Assembly: GCA_044892525.1 (NCBI GenBank)
Contig: CM097886.1
Span: 101,060,001 to 101,124,000, forward strand
Direction of reading: 5' to 3'
Source of the DNA: Schmidtea polychroa
Lineage: Eukaryota
DNA length: 64,000 nt
Position numbers and translations under genes: made by a program. The notes under the pieces are model-generated. The model was not told the origin of the DNA, searched no databases, and saw only the letters and a list, made by a program, of their open reading frames with translations. Of this stretch, positions 13,901 through 28,561 are shown piece by piece. The stretch's first letter is position 1, and each line of letters begins with the position of its first letter.

Positions 13901-16900
13901 TATATATTTGTGGGAATACCCAATGTAAATGTCGTGTTTACAAAGCTCTCAACTAGCTTATCTCTTACAACATTTTAATATCCTTGATGTACCTGCTCTA
14001 GATGCCCTAAATTATTCGTGTCTTGCTTTCCAAGATTCAAGCTCTCTAAATAATCCTCTCCAGAAAATTATTCGATGTTGTAAATTTATCAATGATCGCC
14101 AACGTCTACAAGGTTATTGAAGGCCATTTAATATTTCTATTTATCACTTCTATCATATTTGCCCCTTGACTAGGAGATTATATTGTTATCACTGTAAAAT
14201 TATATATTCAATATTAATATTTCTTGAAGTATTACTAGTACTCTTTAGGTTCCGTTGTGGGAATAACTGCTATGCATAATATGATGCAAGCATCACACAA
14301 CAGAAAGACAAGTACTGTTTCAAACGTGGGCCGCCATTTACCTAAGCAAGTTAGTTCCAATAAGGATCATGGAACGGATAAGACTGACTCCAATACATAC
14401 CTTGTCAGTTATTTATTCTTTATGGAATATTTATATTGTTCCTATAGCTATGCTCAAGTCCGCCTCCATTAGCGGGGCCAGCTATGATGAAATTGAACAT
14501 TCAAATCCCCGGGGAGAACATCAATCTAGTGAACTGTATCCTCCCAGACGAAGTGATCATAGAGATTCTCAGTGAACGGTTAATGCTCAATGATTGTCAA
14601 AAAGGAATCGTATTCGACGGACTCGAATGCATGTTCAGCCAAAGTCAGTCATGTACAGCCCAACTGATTCTCCACTCATTAAATAACAGGCGATTTTTGT
14701 ATTTTATTACTCTGAAAAAGGATTTCAAATCCATAAAAGAAGAAGAAAACGATCAAGAGGAATTGAAAAGGATTTTGAAAGCGAAACAAGAGCAAGAAGA
14801 ATTGATATGGATGCAGGAAATGACGGAAGAAGAATACGAAATGTTAGACGATGAAACAAAACGACAAGTTGAAGAGAAACGCATAAAACCTCGTAAAGAG
14901 AAAATGAAACAAGAAAAGGAAGAAAAGGAAAGAGAACGTATATTGCAGGAACAAGAAGCGGAATTGCAAAGGCTTAATAATGACAAGTATTGTGTACTTG
15001 TTACTGATTGTATATGATAACCATTTTAAGAGCAAAACTGAAGGCCGGCAAAAAGCCCATTCCATCTGATGACCGTGGCAAATCTAAAACAGGAAAAGAG
15101 ACATCAATGGGGAAAAACACGCGTGAAAATACAACATTAACTAAGGAGCCCGTCCTAACTACAATGGAGAAACATGTTCCTGAACGGCCAGACTCACACA
15201 TGACAGAAATGTCGAATGAAGCGGATGATATGTAAGCGATTTTGATTTTCTGTTCCTTTCTCTCCTATTATCTATCTTACCTTACACCTTTATCATATTT
15301 CCAGAAAGAGAAAGAAAACTAAAATCATGGATAAAAAGTCAGTAGGAAAGATCGATGAAATATCAAAAGAATCCCAGGAGTCCATCGATGAAATAATGAA
15401 AGATCCTAAAAAAGAACAGGAATGGCTTCTTCATCAAAAGTTTCATTCTAATTTCAATTTTAATTTATTGACCATTTGAAAAGATTTAAGACCTTTGATA
15501 CCGAATACAAGCAAATCAGTGAAATTGTCTCATTGTGGGACCGAGCCCATCCACCAATCAAGCCGAATCAGCTCCCAGCAGAGCAGCATGGAGAAAACAT
15601 TAATGAGGAAAATTCAACCAATCCATTAAAGCGCGTTGGTCGGACAACAGTATTTAATAAAAGAAGCAAAGATCATGGAACAAATTTAGGTCAAGTTTTG
15701 TCTCATACCCCGGTTCACGATGAATACCCAGAACATAATGCTGAAATCATCATCAATAGTTCCGAGGAATCTCCAGGTGTTCCAAATCTAATCATAGAAG
15801 TATCGAAAAAATCCAAATCTGAACGAGAGAAGATAATTGAACAAAAATTAGAAAATGAATTACCGAAGATCGAGGAAGTGCTAGAGGGTCTAGGTCTTGG
15901 TGACAAAGGTCCTCCTATCCCTCCACCAGCAACCTTTAGTATTGTTCAGTATCCAATTAGAAGACGAGCTCCAAATATCTCTGAAATGATAGGAGAGAAT
16001 GGACATTATAACTTTATGGGTACATTAGAAGACAAAGATGACGAAAAGGGTTTGAAAGACATAATGGAAAAGGATGAAGATAAACTTTTTGAAAAAGTAT
16101 TTTTTGGTAATAATTATTCAATACTATTCACTATTAAAATAGATCAAAGAAGATTCGAATACCCAAGCATCGACGACCAAACCAATACGTCCTAAGAAAA
16201 GCGAAGTTTACGTTAAAGAAAAAAATTCCAAGGATAGAAAGAGTTCAGGTAAAAAGTCAAATTTATCAAGTTCCATCAGACGAGGATCTCAGTCAGCCGC
16301 ATCCGTCAACAGCATTTCAACTCCGATATCTGACGACGGATTCAAGTTTTCATTCAATTTTTACTACCCCTTTATTATTGAATGTCAGAGTGCTAACCCA
16401 TCGATGGATCATTCAACCCGACTCAGAGATCAATCTAAGACTCCGATTCAAATCTGACGAACTGGGCCAATTTGACCAATCTTTTAATTTTGAAATTCTT
16501 GATACCCGCAGAAAGTACCAAGTGTTTTGTCGGGGTATTTGTGCCTTCCCGAATATCAGTAAAGAACCAAGAATCGTATTCCCACGTCGGAAGAGAAACA
16601 AAGAGAACAATGAAATCGTACACAAAAAATACATCTTAGAAGAGGAAGTATTTGAGTTTGGCCCCTTATTAATACAGAAGGATAAACAAAGGTAGAATTG
16701 ATTTATATTTCACATGAAATCGATAAAATTGATATTGCACTATGTCATTGTGTCATTTTGATTATTTAATTATTTACTTTCTTCCTTACATCCATCACTG
16801 TTTTAATTTTTGTTGTAGATACACATTATCTTTATTTGTTACTTATTATTGTAAATAGTATATTATAATTGATTATATAAAGTGATGATTTTGTAATAAC

Positions 16901-19900
16901 AGCATTAATTAAATATTGAACAATTAAATGGTAATATGAGCCTTTTGCTGCGAAGTATATATTTGTTTGGGTTCTTAAATTTGAAATTTTTAAATTATTA
17001 AAAACAAATATCGAAAATTAAAATTTGAAAAATGGGTCAGATGTAAATGAAATTGTTAGGGTTGAGTCTGGGCACGTTTGGGGCTTGCTGAGGCGTATAA
17101 ATCAGTAATATATCGATGTTTGTTGATACTCATGAATTTTCGGCACTGCCTTTTTCAAGTGAAAATATCAATAATTAGTAATCAAATATTGATTAAATTA
17201 AGTAATAATTATAAATTGCAACAAATAAAGAATAGGTCAATATAGCTAGTAATTAATAAATAATAAATCACTATAAATAGTAATTAATAAATAATAAGTA
17301 ATAAAAATAGTAATTTTTATTGTATTTTTAATTTTAAAATTTAATATAAAAAGAAGAGAATTTTCAGAGATAAGGACGATAAAACAGATATAGAATCATT
17401 TTCTAGAGTAATTATACAAAGTAATTAGTTATAATAACCAGAGGCAAAATCAGAGGGAAAAATCTCAGGATTTCAGGCAGAACGGAAAGGAAATTATCAG
17501 AATATTGTGTAAAGAGATTAGAAAGCCAAGATATTTTGCAGTTTATTCAAAATAAAATCAAAGTTACCAAAATGTATTAACGCTTGTCATCTTTAAGTTA
17601 CCTCAGGGAAATATTTAAATTAGTAGAAAACCATACTTGCGAAAAAACATAAATTGGCCACCAAGTAGACTAATTATAGACTAATTATTACAGTTTTAAG
17701 CAAGGTTTAAATTATAACTGGGAATAAGCATCAGTTTTCTAGGGGAACTGTTTTGCTTGTATATTCTTTTGAAATAGCAAAGGGTAGTTTATCTAGGAAA
17801 CGTTACTACCAATTTCTGGATAGTAAGCTATCGTGCTAAATTTCGGGCAACCCTCGTCTTTTTCTTATCATTGTTGAGCGGTGCTGTTGATGAATTAGGA
17901 TCCTGCATTCGCCGTCTTTGAAATACCTGAGAACGGTTTGTATAAACGATATCTTTTGAGTTGCAAGTTTTATTGTTATTTTGTCAATCATATTTTTATT
18001 TATATTTCATATAATTAAATTTTCATATCAAATAAAGCGTTGCGTTCTAAAATTTGAACACAGATCTTTGGAGTCAGATCAAAGGAATGTATGTTAGTGG
18101 TACAACCCACTTACGAACTTAACAAAATGATGGGAAAGATCATGGTGAGAATAGGTTCATCAGAATATGTTCAGAAAGGGTAGAAATGCAAGAAAACGTA
18201 CAAAATCGGAAAATAGTTAATTAATTAATTAATTAAAGAAAACCCAAGTTAAGTGAGCAGAGAATAAAATAAATAAACAAAATTTAGGGAAATCATTATC
18301 ATGGTAGAATGAATAATGGGAAACGGGGAAAAGATAATCACAAGGGAGGCGCACCGTGGGGTAATTAATTATTTCTTTCGAAGGAGAAAAATGAAAGGGC
18401 CGCGATGCAAAGATTGTCAAAGGGAGGAGGTGATTATTGTTGAAGAACGTGCTGAACCATAGAGGTTACAGCGAAACTTAGTGAATAGTCAGAATAGGAA
18501 TTTTATTGCCGAATATGAATCAGTAAAGTTACCAAAAAACATCGATATCTTTACTGATTCATAGTCAAATATTTTCTAATAAATAAAATGTCTATTGAAA
18601 AGAAATCAGAGAAAATTGAANNNNNNNNNNNNNNNNNNNNNNNNNNNNNNNNNNNNNNNNNNNNNNNNNNNNNNNNNNNNNNNNNNNNNNNNNNNNNNNN
18701 NNNNNNNNNNNNNNNNNNNNNNNNNNNNNNNNNNNNNNNNNNNNNNNNNNNNNNNNNNNNNNNNNNNNNNNNNNNNNNNNNNNNNNNNNNNNNNNNNNNN
18801 NNNNNNNNNNNNNNNNNNNNNNNNNNNNNNNNNNNNNNNNNNNNNNNNNNNNNNNNNNNNNNNNNNNNNNNNNNNNNNNNNNNNNNNNNNNAAATGATAT
18901 ACAGCATGACCATAGATCATCATATTGATATGATCTTTTTCCAGAATCATGGCCGGCAGATATCCAGAAAATATGGAACAAATTATAATAAAAAATTCGT
19001 CACCAATGCTTGCAGAAATTAACTTCAGCTTCCTCCATGACTCAAACTGTGACCGGTTCTCATTAGATCCTTTAAGTATGACTTTGCAGCCGGAAGAATC
19101 TCAGAAATTGAATCTTTGGGCTTTTCCAAGATTCGCCCAGAAATTTGAGGATGCTATAATCTGTTGTGTGAAAGAAAACCCAGAACCAGTTATCTATAAG
19201 ATTTCCTGTCTGGGAGTGTCACCTTTTGTTGAATTGGACACTAAGGTCATCCATTTCGATAGAGTTCTCCTTCACAGGTATCCTTTCATTTATTGAATAA
19301 AATATCTAGACAAACAATTTGTATTTAAAGGAAAGATATGAAAAGTATTTACTTGCGTAACAGTACCGCTCTACCAGTCCATTGGAGGATTACCGGACTC
19401 GAGAGTCTGGGTGATGAATTCTCATTTGCTCAGGATGGTGGAACAATCGAGCCACTTTCCGAGTTTAAATTGAATGCATATTTCCGTGCAATGAAACCCT
19501 ATAAAGCAAATACGAAAAAGAACATTAGACTGGAAATATCGGACGTAGATGAGCTAGCGGGAATCTTGCAGACAGAAACGGTACAAATACTTGCCGAAGC
19601 ATATGACGTAGCCCTGGATATGAGCTTTCCTAAAGGTTAATAATCCATTATTAATTCCTCATTCCATGAATATCACGACGCCATTCACAATTATGGACCT
19701 AACATTTATATAACATAATTCCTATATAAGAAATATATAAGGATAAATTTCATATCTGTCGTTTTGTACAATGGAAATTTGACAATACTTTCTGTTCAAC
19801 ATTTCTTGCAGAAATTTGGCATATTTTACATTGATTGGTTTGATTTCTATTTTAGATGCATTAAATATTGATCTGATGAAAATTGTGTATTGAGGAATTT

Positions 19901-22900
19901 ATNNNNNNNNNNNNNNNNNNNNNNNNNNNNNNNNNNNNNNNNNNNNNNNNNNNNNNNNNNNNNNNNNNNNNNNNNNNNNNNNNNNNNNNNNNNNNNNNNN
20001 NNNNNNNNNNNNNNNNNNNNNNNNNNNNNNNNNNNNNNNNNNNNNNNNNNNNNNNNNNNNNNNNNNNNNNNNNNNNNNNNNNNNNNNNNNNNNNNNNNNN
20101 NNNNNNNNNNNNNNNNNNNNNNNNNNNNNNNNNNNNNNNNNNNNNNNNNNNNNNNNNNNNNNNNNNNNNNNNNNNNNNNNNNNNNNNNNNNNNNNNNNNN
20201 NNNNNNNCCAAATATATGCTTGACAATAAGGCTATCATTACTCAACTAAATATTATGAATATAAAATTGCATTTAGTAGTGACCACCAATAATGCTATGG
20301 TAGAAACCAAGGGTTGCCTAAGGTGTCAAGATGCAAAGGATGTCAGTATAAATAATTACATTTAAATAATTGCATTTTTAATAGAATGTTTCAATTGTAT
20401 TGCTAATGATATCTAATCATTCCATTGCATTAGGAGCAAATAATGGACTCGACATGGGAACATTAAAGGTCGGTGATGAGACCAAGCAAATAATCACACT
20501 GAAAAATCGAGGCCCATATGAGATTGAATTCAAGTAATGAAATATTATTTACTCTTACTCATCCATAATTATTATGAATATTACTATTATCATTTCAAAT
20601 GGGCCTGTGGGTCTGTTTTTTGATTTTCACTTTTAAATGTGTTGATGGGCATTATTAAAAGTTGCAAGCAGTCTTAGTTATGAAATACTTTCATTGCTTA
20701 CCATTCAGAATACGACAGTAGGAGGACTTTGTCCACTTAATGTTATTGATATGATTTTCATGAGGTCTAAACTTTCTGTGCTTACTTTCTTATGGATTTC
20801 TTTTTACCTTCATCTTTCCTCACATAAAGCCTATCAAAGTAGACCAATAAGGTTGAGTTATGAAAATGTTTCAATATAATACTAGTGAAGCAACTATAAA
20901 GGTTTTACCTAGATTCGAGTTGGACATGCCGGAGAATGGGAAATATAATTTATCTAACCTGTTTACATTATGCCCCAGTCAAGGGAAAATGTCTCCTGGA
21001 GAGAAAGCTATACAAGTCCAAGTATTAAATGAGAATATTATCAATAGAACGGTATATAACTCATGAGTTATAGATAAGTTATTGCGCAAAGGAAGAAGTA
21101 GTGATCAAAGACGAGCAGATATTGAAATGCCATGTAATTGAACCGAATATAGCCGAGCAAGGAGAGGTCATAGCAATAATTCCTATCAGGATCTCTGCCA
21201 GATCATTCTATAGCAAGTATGATTTTCATTTCCTCTTGATTGTGTGATTCAGATTGATATATAATATGATACTTATAATGAAATATTATTATACTAGGTA
21301 CCAAATTACGCCGAAAGCTGATATAAACTTTGGATCTGTCACTGTCCAAACTAGAAAGACCAGACAAATTATCATTGAAAATATTGGGGAATTTGATTTC
21401 AGATTTAACATAAAAAGCGGGAAACCTTTTCAAAACCTTGCAGGACCTCTTCCGAACTCAAACAAGGAAAGTGGTCAAAAAGATTCAGTTGCAATGCAAA
21501 AATCAAAACAGTAAGANNNNNNNNNNNNNNNNNNNNNNNNNNNNNNNNNNNNNNNNNNNNNNNNNNNNNNNNNNNNNNNNNNNNNNNNNNNNNNNNNNNN
21601 NNNNNNNNNNNNNNNNNNNNNNNNNNNNNNNNNNNNNNNNNNNNNNNNNNNNNNNNNNNNNNNNNNNNNNNNNNNNNNNNNNNNAGTGAGCAGAGAGTAA
21701 AATAAATAAACAAAATTTAGGGAAATCATTATCATGACAAAATGAATAATGGGAAACGGGGAAAAGATTATATTATTATTAATAATTATATTATTATAAT
21801 TATTATAATTATTATTATTTATTATTATTATATTATTATTGTTAAGATCAAAAAGAATGGGGTTACTAATCTTAACACTAGACTCCAATAAATAAATAAA
21901 TATAAAATATTTCGTGTGGTTGCGTGTAGTTTATAAATTAGATAAAACAAAGCCAACTTCCTTTTCTTTATCAAAACTTTTATTTATAATTTACAAAAAT
22001 TAGCTTTACAATTGGGATAAAGATAAATACAAGAGACGGATTTATTAATCCTTGCTGTTTGTCGCAGGCTGCAAGAAATCGTTGACTCCTGTGTAGCACA
22101 ACGATCGCAAATTCAGCACAAAGAATAAGATAAGTAAGCGGGATGAATTTGTGTCACCCAGAGAATAAATGCTAAAGTATCGTTCACTATTTTTTTTATT
22201 CGCGAATTAAAATAAAAACGCACAGGATACCAATTTATCCTTTTCAAATAACACAAAATCTTCTTTTAAATTTACCTCTGGAAAATGAATTCGTCTTCCA
22301 AAACAATTGTTTGTTCTTGTCAAGTGCTGAGATATAATTCGATTTGTCAATTTATACTGCTTTCTCTTCTCAACTGATCTGTAAATATCCCTTCACTCGT
22401 CATCTGATTATAATCAGCAAAAAACAACTGCTTATCTTAAACCGTTTTATTTTTTCTAGATTTCTTGCGATTAATTCAAGTGATTCTCAATATTTTCCCG
22501 TTCCTTGTGAACTCGTTAATTTTTCTATTTTGGTACTCAAAACTCTCCAAATTTTGTTCTCAAATTTTGCGTCCTTGGTTCTAATTTTGAACCACTATTT
22601 ATATAAAATTATATATCTTTAATATATTAATAGTAATATTATAAATACTATTTATAGTATAACATTTATAATTACCAAGTATAGATTATTTGTATTTATA
22701 GTATTTTAATTATGTATATTTCTATTATAAGTAATTGTTTTATTCCTTTATTAAACTTAATCTATTTTTAGTAATATTTATTTTAAGACNNNNNNNNNNN
22801 NNNNNNNNNNNNNNNNNNNNNNNNNNNNNNNNNNNNNNNNNNNNNNNNNNNNNNNNNNNNNNNNNNNNNNNNNNNNNNNNNNNNNNNNNNNNNNNNNNNN

Positions 22901-25900
22901 NNNNNNNNNNNNNNNNNNNNNNNNNNNNNNNNNNNNNNNNNNNNNNNNNNNNNNNNNTAAGCCTTTTGCTGCGAATAATTTATTTAATGAAAAAAATTTC
23001 GACTATAAGATAGTCCTTGTCAATCTCCTGGAATTTAGCAATCTCCTTCACGAAAATACATTTCTATCTTTCTTTTATTTCCTTTTTCTTAATTCTCATT
23101 GGTTATAAATATAATATAATATACTTTCATTTTTCTGGATTTTTTTTTTAAAATTTTACTTAAAATTAAAATTAAAATTAAAATAACATAAATATCATTT
23201 AAAATTCAAAATGACAAAAACTAAAACCTTTAAATTTTTTTAAGCTTCTATAATTAGATTCTAGAAGCCTAATAAAATATTTCAAAATATTTTAAAATAA
23301 AGCCTCCAATAACCATTTATATACGCTATTTAAATATTTCAATAAATGTGTCAATTTTAATTTTTAAATCCTATTTTTTGAAAGCATATTTCCTAAAATT
23401 TTCTATATTATTTTAATTATTACTTTTTTTTTAAATTTATTATATTTTTTTTATATATTATCAGATATTCTCAAGGTCAATGACAACAGACCAAATTCAT
23501 GATTTCATTGATTTCTTCTTTAGTGTTGATCTTTAGCTGTCTGTTTATGATGAGAATTGCTTCTTTGAATCTGACATTTTTCTTTTGGATGTTTCCATTA
23601 GCTATGATTTCGATTGAAATATTTTTTCTTTCCTCTATTGGCTGACATTGTTGGAGATGTGTGTTTATCGAGGATGTTCCACCAGGATTTAGATGTTCTT
23701 TAACTCTTTGGCTAAAATTTGTCGAAAATCTTTTTATTAAATATATTATTCGCAGCAAAAGGCTTAAATTATCACTTTATTGTTTTAAATAATAAATGCT
23801 GCTACCANNNNNNNNNNNNNNNNNNNNNNNNNNNNNNNNNNNNNNNNNNNNNNNNNNNNNNNNNNNNNNNNNNNNNNNNNNNNNNNNNNNNNNNNNNNNN
23901 NNNNNNNNNNNNNNNNNNNNNNNNNNNNNNNNNNNNNNNNNNNNNNNNNNNNNNNNNNNNNNNNNNTAATCAGGAATGAAAATGTGCTTGTCGGAGGTAG
24001 TCAAAGTCGTCAACAATTCGGAAACTTTACCCTGTTTCCTGCGAGCGGGCTGGTTGCGACAAGGAATTCAATGATAGTTACAGTGGACTGCATCTCAGAT
24101 AATCCTGGGAAATGTGATGAAGTAATTAGGAACTATTTTATTGAACATAAATGATCATAGTGATAATAATAATAATAATAATAATAAAAATTTGCTTACA
24201 GAATCTTATCATTGAAATAACGGACCGGAACCCAAAGATTGATACCAATGGTGTCCTATATCGTCTATTTGTAGAGGCGTTTGTACCCAGCATTGACTGC
24301 AATAATTTGAGCTCAATATTTGAGGAGCACAGAATATGTGATACAATCACCGTCATTAATAAGGAATTATATCTCGTAACCTATAATTCACAGTGCTATA
24401 TAATATTATTATTTGTTCCTTAGTTATGTTCGGGAGGCATTTATGGGAAATTGGAAAATAGATTCTTATTTACAAATGTTTTGGTTGGAAGCAAAGTTGA
24501 AGCTAGATTCAGACTTGACAATCCGAATAATATTCCATGCGACATAAGCCTATCATTGAAACCTCTTCATGGAGGAAGGAGTTCTATTGGCGGAAGGGGC
24601 TCAGCTTCTGTGGGTGACATATTTGAAGTTGAACCAACAAAAGTCCAAATTGAACCGAGGGGATTTATTTATCTTTCAATTATTTTCAGCCCTCTCGCTA
24701 TGCAGGTTTTTAATGTATATATAAAGGAATAATTCTTTAATTGAATTAGCAATATATCGCAATCTTTGATTGCAACATTGAAGGCCTACCCTCCAATAGC
24801 CCATATAGAAGCAAGGCTTTATCATTTGAGGTTTGTGGAGAAGGATATTTACCGAGGGTTGTAGTAACCAAACCAACTTTACGTAACAAAAAGAGTCAGT
24901 ATCTGTGTTTATTCAAAAAGTCACTATTGGGGAAATTACAATCACAGAATGTAGAGATTTTCAATGACGGATNNNNNNNNNNNNNNNNNNNNNNNNNNNN
25001 NNNNNNNNNNNNNNNNNNNNNNNNNNNNNNNNNNNNNNNNNNNNNNNNNNNNNNNNNNNNNNNNNNNNNNNNNNNNNNNNNNNNNNNNNNNNNNNNNNNN
25101 NNNNNNNNTCTTTTTCACTATTTATTTCGATAGCATTACTATCATCATCATCAGGCTACCTACATTCACTAGGAATGAATAACTATACAATATTGATAAT
25201 TTATAAACAAATTATTAAATCTATAAATTTTTAAATTCTAAATAACAATTTTAAATAATTATTTTCAAAAATAATTTTCCACAAACATTATTTTTCACTT
25301 TTAAAAATTCTTTAAAAAAATATTATTTTAATTAGTTTTTTAATTATGTAACATAACTATTATTAATATACATCAACGCACAAAAACTTAATTAAAAACA
25401 TTCAACACACAAGTATTCACTGCATTCTGCACATTGATTTTAGGATTAAAAGTTCTTATCAATAATGCTTCACATATCACACGCTCAAAACAATTATCAA
25501 AGTTTTTTGATAAGATTTTAAAATCCGACATTCCTATTTCTCTCATACAGACTTTATTGTGATCCTTAATATTGGACACTCCCTTCGGTTGACAGTGTTC
25601 TTGAACTCGAGTATAGAGATGACAGGAAGTCTCTCCTATGTATGTGGCATTACACCCATTACATGTGAATTGATAAACGAGATCCGAACACAATCCAACC
25701 GGCGTTTGAGATTTACTAACAAACATACTACGTACTTTGCACGATTTTGAAACAATTCTATAAATCAATGTACCCAACTGTTTACCAATCTTTCTTTTGA
25801 AATCTTTATATCCTTCCGAATACGGCAATACCATCGTATATTTTGGCTCAAACTTGTTTGTTAGTATTAATACTCACATTCACTACATCATTCGACATAT

Positions 25901-26317
25901 CAGTCAATTTGCATTCATTCATACTACGATCCTTAGCATTACTCATACATTTATCAACAGTCTCTTTCAACGTTAATAATAAAAACCGTTTTGAGTAGCC
26001 ATTCTTCACCAGTAATTCAACTAATTTATCTACACTTTTACTGATTTTTTTAAGTGGAAGATAAGCACCATGATCGATAAACCAATCCTTTCACCATGTT
26101 TCTCATATTTAAATTCACAAAACCTCTCTGAGGTAGTATAGAGGCCGGTATCTGTTGGTTTTCTGTGAATTTCTGTCTCATATTGTTCATCTTTATGTTT
26201 AATTAATAAGTCAAGAAATGCTATGGATGAATCCTTCTCAGTTTCATATGTGAATTTAATGTTCTTATGCAACCCATTCATGTAATGCAAAAATGGTTTC
26301 ACATGTTCATTATTTTA

Positions 26318-26377
<60 letters not shown>

Positions 26378-28502
26378 GATTATGATTATTATTTTATATA
26401 AAATTAATTGATGACAGGTCCATATTGACATGATTGATCCTGACTCAGCGTTTTGGGTCAGTACGGGCGATCAAAATGAGTCGGATCTTGGTACAGTGAC
26501 AGGTTTATTAATTATTTCTTAAAGAAAGAATTTTATATGAAATAGTTAAGCAACCTCACGATTTGGTGCTGTTAATGGACATTGGGGCAAGGAAATCTTT
26601 CGATGTTCTGTTTAGACCGCGCCTTTCTGGTAAATATATAGCGAACATCAAAATTACTGTAGTGAATAATCAGTATGAAGACACAATAATACAACTGGTA
26701 TGAATGAGTATTATAACGGATATATAATGTCGTGAGGAAACATTCTAGATCGGAGAGGGATATGAAGATTTCATTACATTTGAGAACCTTCCAATGGTAG
26801 AGAACAATATGGTTCCTATTGCCCAAGTTTCCCCTCCTACGCAAAGTAGTACTAAATCAATCTCTCAGCCACCACCGGAAGAAATTATTGAAGCATGGAA
26901 AAATAACATTCTTACTTTCGGCGACTGTTACGTTAATGAACCGAAATCGATTAGTTTCTCAGTAAAAAACCATTCCGAAGACGTCAATGTGCGATTTGCA
27001 TGGCCAAGCTTTGATTCTACAACATCTAATCAGGGAAATATCATTCCAGTGAAATTCTCCCCGTCAGTTGGCCATCTTCATCCTGGTCAATCAATCTCAG
27101 TCATAGCCACTATTCAATCCGGTACCCCAAAAGCTTGGAATGAGAAACCCATTCAATGCAAACTCATTAGAATCAACATGACCGACCTCGAATATGGAGA
27201 GAAAGTATGTTTTCTACATTTCCTTTAGTTTAATCTTTATAATATGGCATTGAATTAATGATTATTCTCATAATATAGCCGCTGAACTGGGACGACACGA
27301 AGAAGACCATGAAATGGATTGATGTTCCCTTGGACAAGTATGATATTGCTAATAAATGTCATGGTTCATTGCATGTCCAATTAGCTCTCAATCACTCGGT
27401 GCAACTCATAAAAAGAAAGTGATCGAAACCGAACCGGAACCGAAATTCACAGAAATCCCAGAAACAGCACGATCATTGGACCTGCTTATTACGGCCAACA
27501 TTAACTATTGTAAATACAAGTGCAAATTCAGCGAGATCAACTTCCAAGATACAATGCTGTTTGAAACACGAATTTATGGGTTGAGATCATTTATAAAGGT
27601 TTGATCAATAATCCCTCGACCTCTCATGCAGGGTTACTTTGAAAAACGAAGGACAGATCAAAATGAAATATCGGTGGAGTATTAAACTCGAAAACAGTGA
27701 AATATTTACACCAAGAACCAGCCGACCGAACACAGCACGTCAAGACAGAAACGATACGATCGAGAAAGGAGAGGAGGAGGATCTGAATAATCCGTTTGCC
27801 ATTATTCCGTTTGAAGGTGTTATAAAGGCCAACGAAAAACAAAGATTTGAAGTAACAATTGCCAAGGAATTTAATTGATATTGATATTCTATTCTAGGTT
27901 TCCTTTAATCCTTTAAACGTCGACCTTTACAAAGCCACGATGATATGTGAAATTGAAAATCTTGATCCAGCTTCCAATAAACCTACTATATCTCTCTCAG
28001 GTCGATCTTTGCAACCTTATTGTCATTTTGAATTGATCGACTCGAATTATCTAATCAGTGGCCGACGAGATCCAACTATGCGAGGTCCAGGAGGTTCTCC
28101 ACCAGGAAATGGAATAAATCCCAACACTAGAGTTATAGAAATAAATGTCATAGGCTTGANNNNNNNNNNNNNNNNNNNNNNNNNNNNNNNNNNNNNNNNN
28201 NNNNNNNNNNNNNNNNNNNNNNNNNNNNNNNNNNNNNNNNNNNNNNNNNNNNNNNNNNNNNNNNNNNNNNNNNNNNNNNNNNNNNNNNNNNNNNNNGACT
28301 TTTGTCACTTTCACAGACAATTTAATGTGGTCAATCCGACAAGAAACAATTTCGAATATCGATGGATCTGTGAGGATTCTGAGTTGCCTAAGAATAAGAA
28401 ATTGATACAATGTTTGGCCATGAATGAAATCGTTGAAGCTGGGAAGAAAGTTCAAGTCAGATAGATTTTGATTTAGTTTTCAGACTTCATTAGACCATAT
28501 TG

Positions 28503-28561
<59 letters not shown>

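Noticed and set aside
13250-14130. Coding-like stretches on the minus strand in the 12365-14248 intron
   Set aside because: Multiple stops and no family motif I can recognise.
16108-16142. Alternative GTAATA donor giving a 35-nt intron
   Set aside because: It leads to a stop at 16195. The donor at 16097 keeps the frame open to the next exon.
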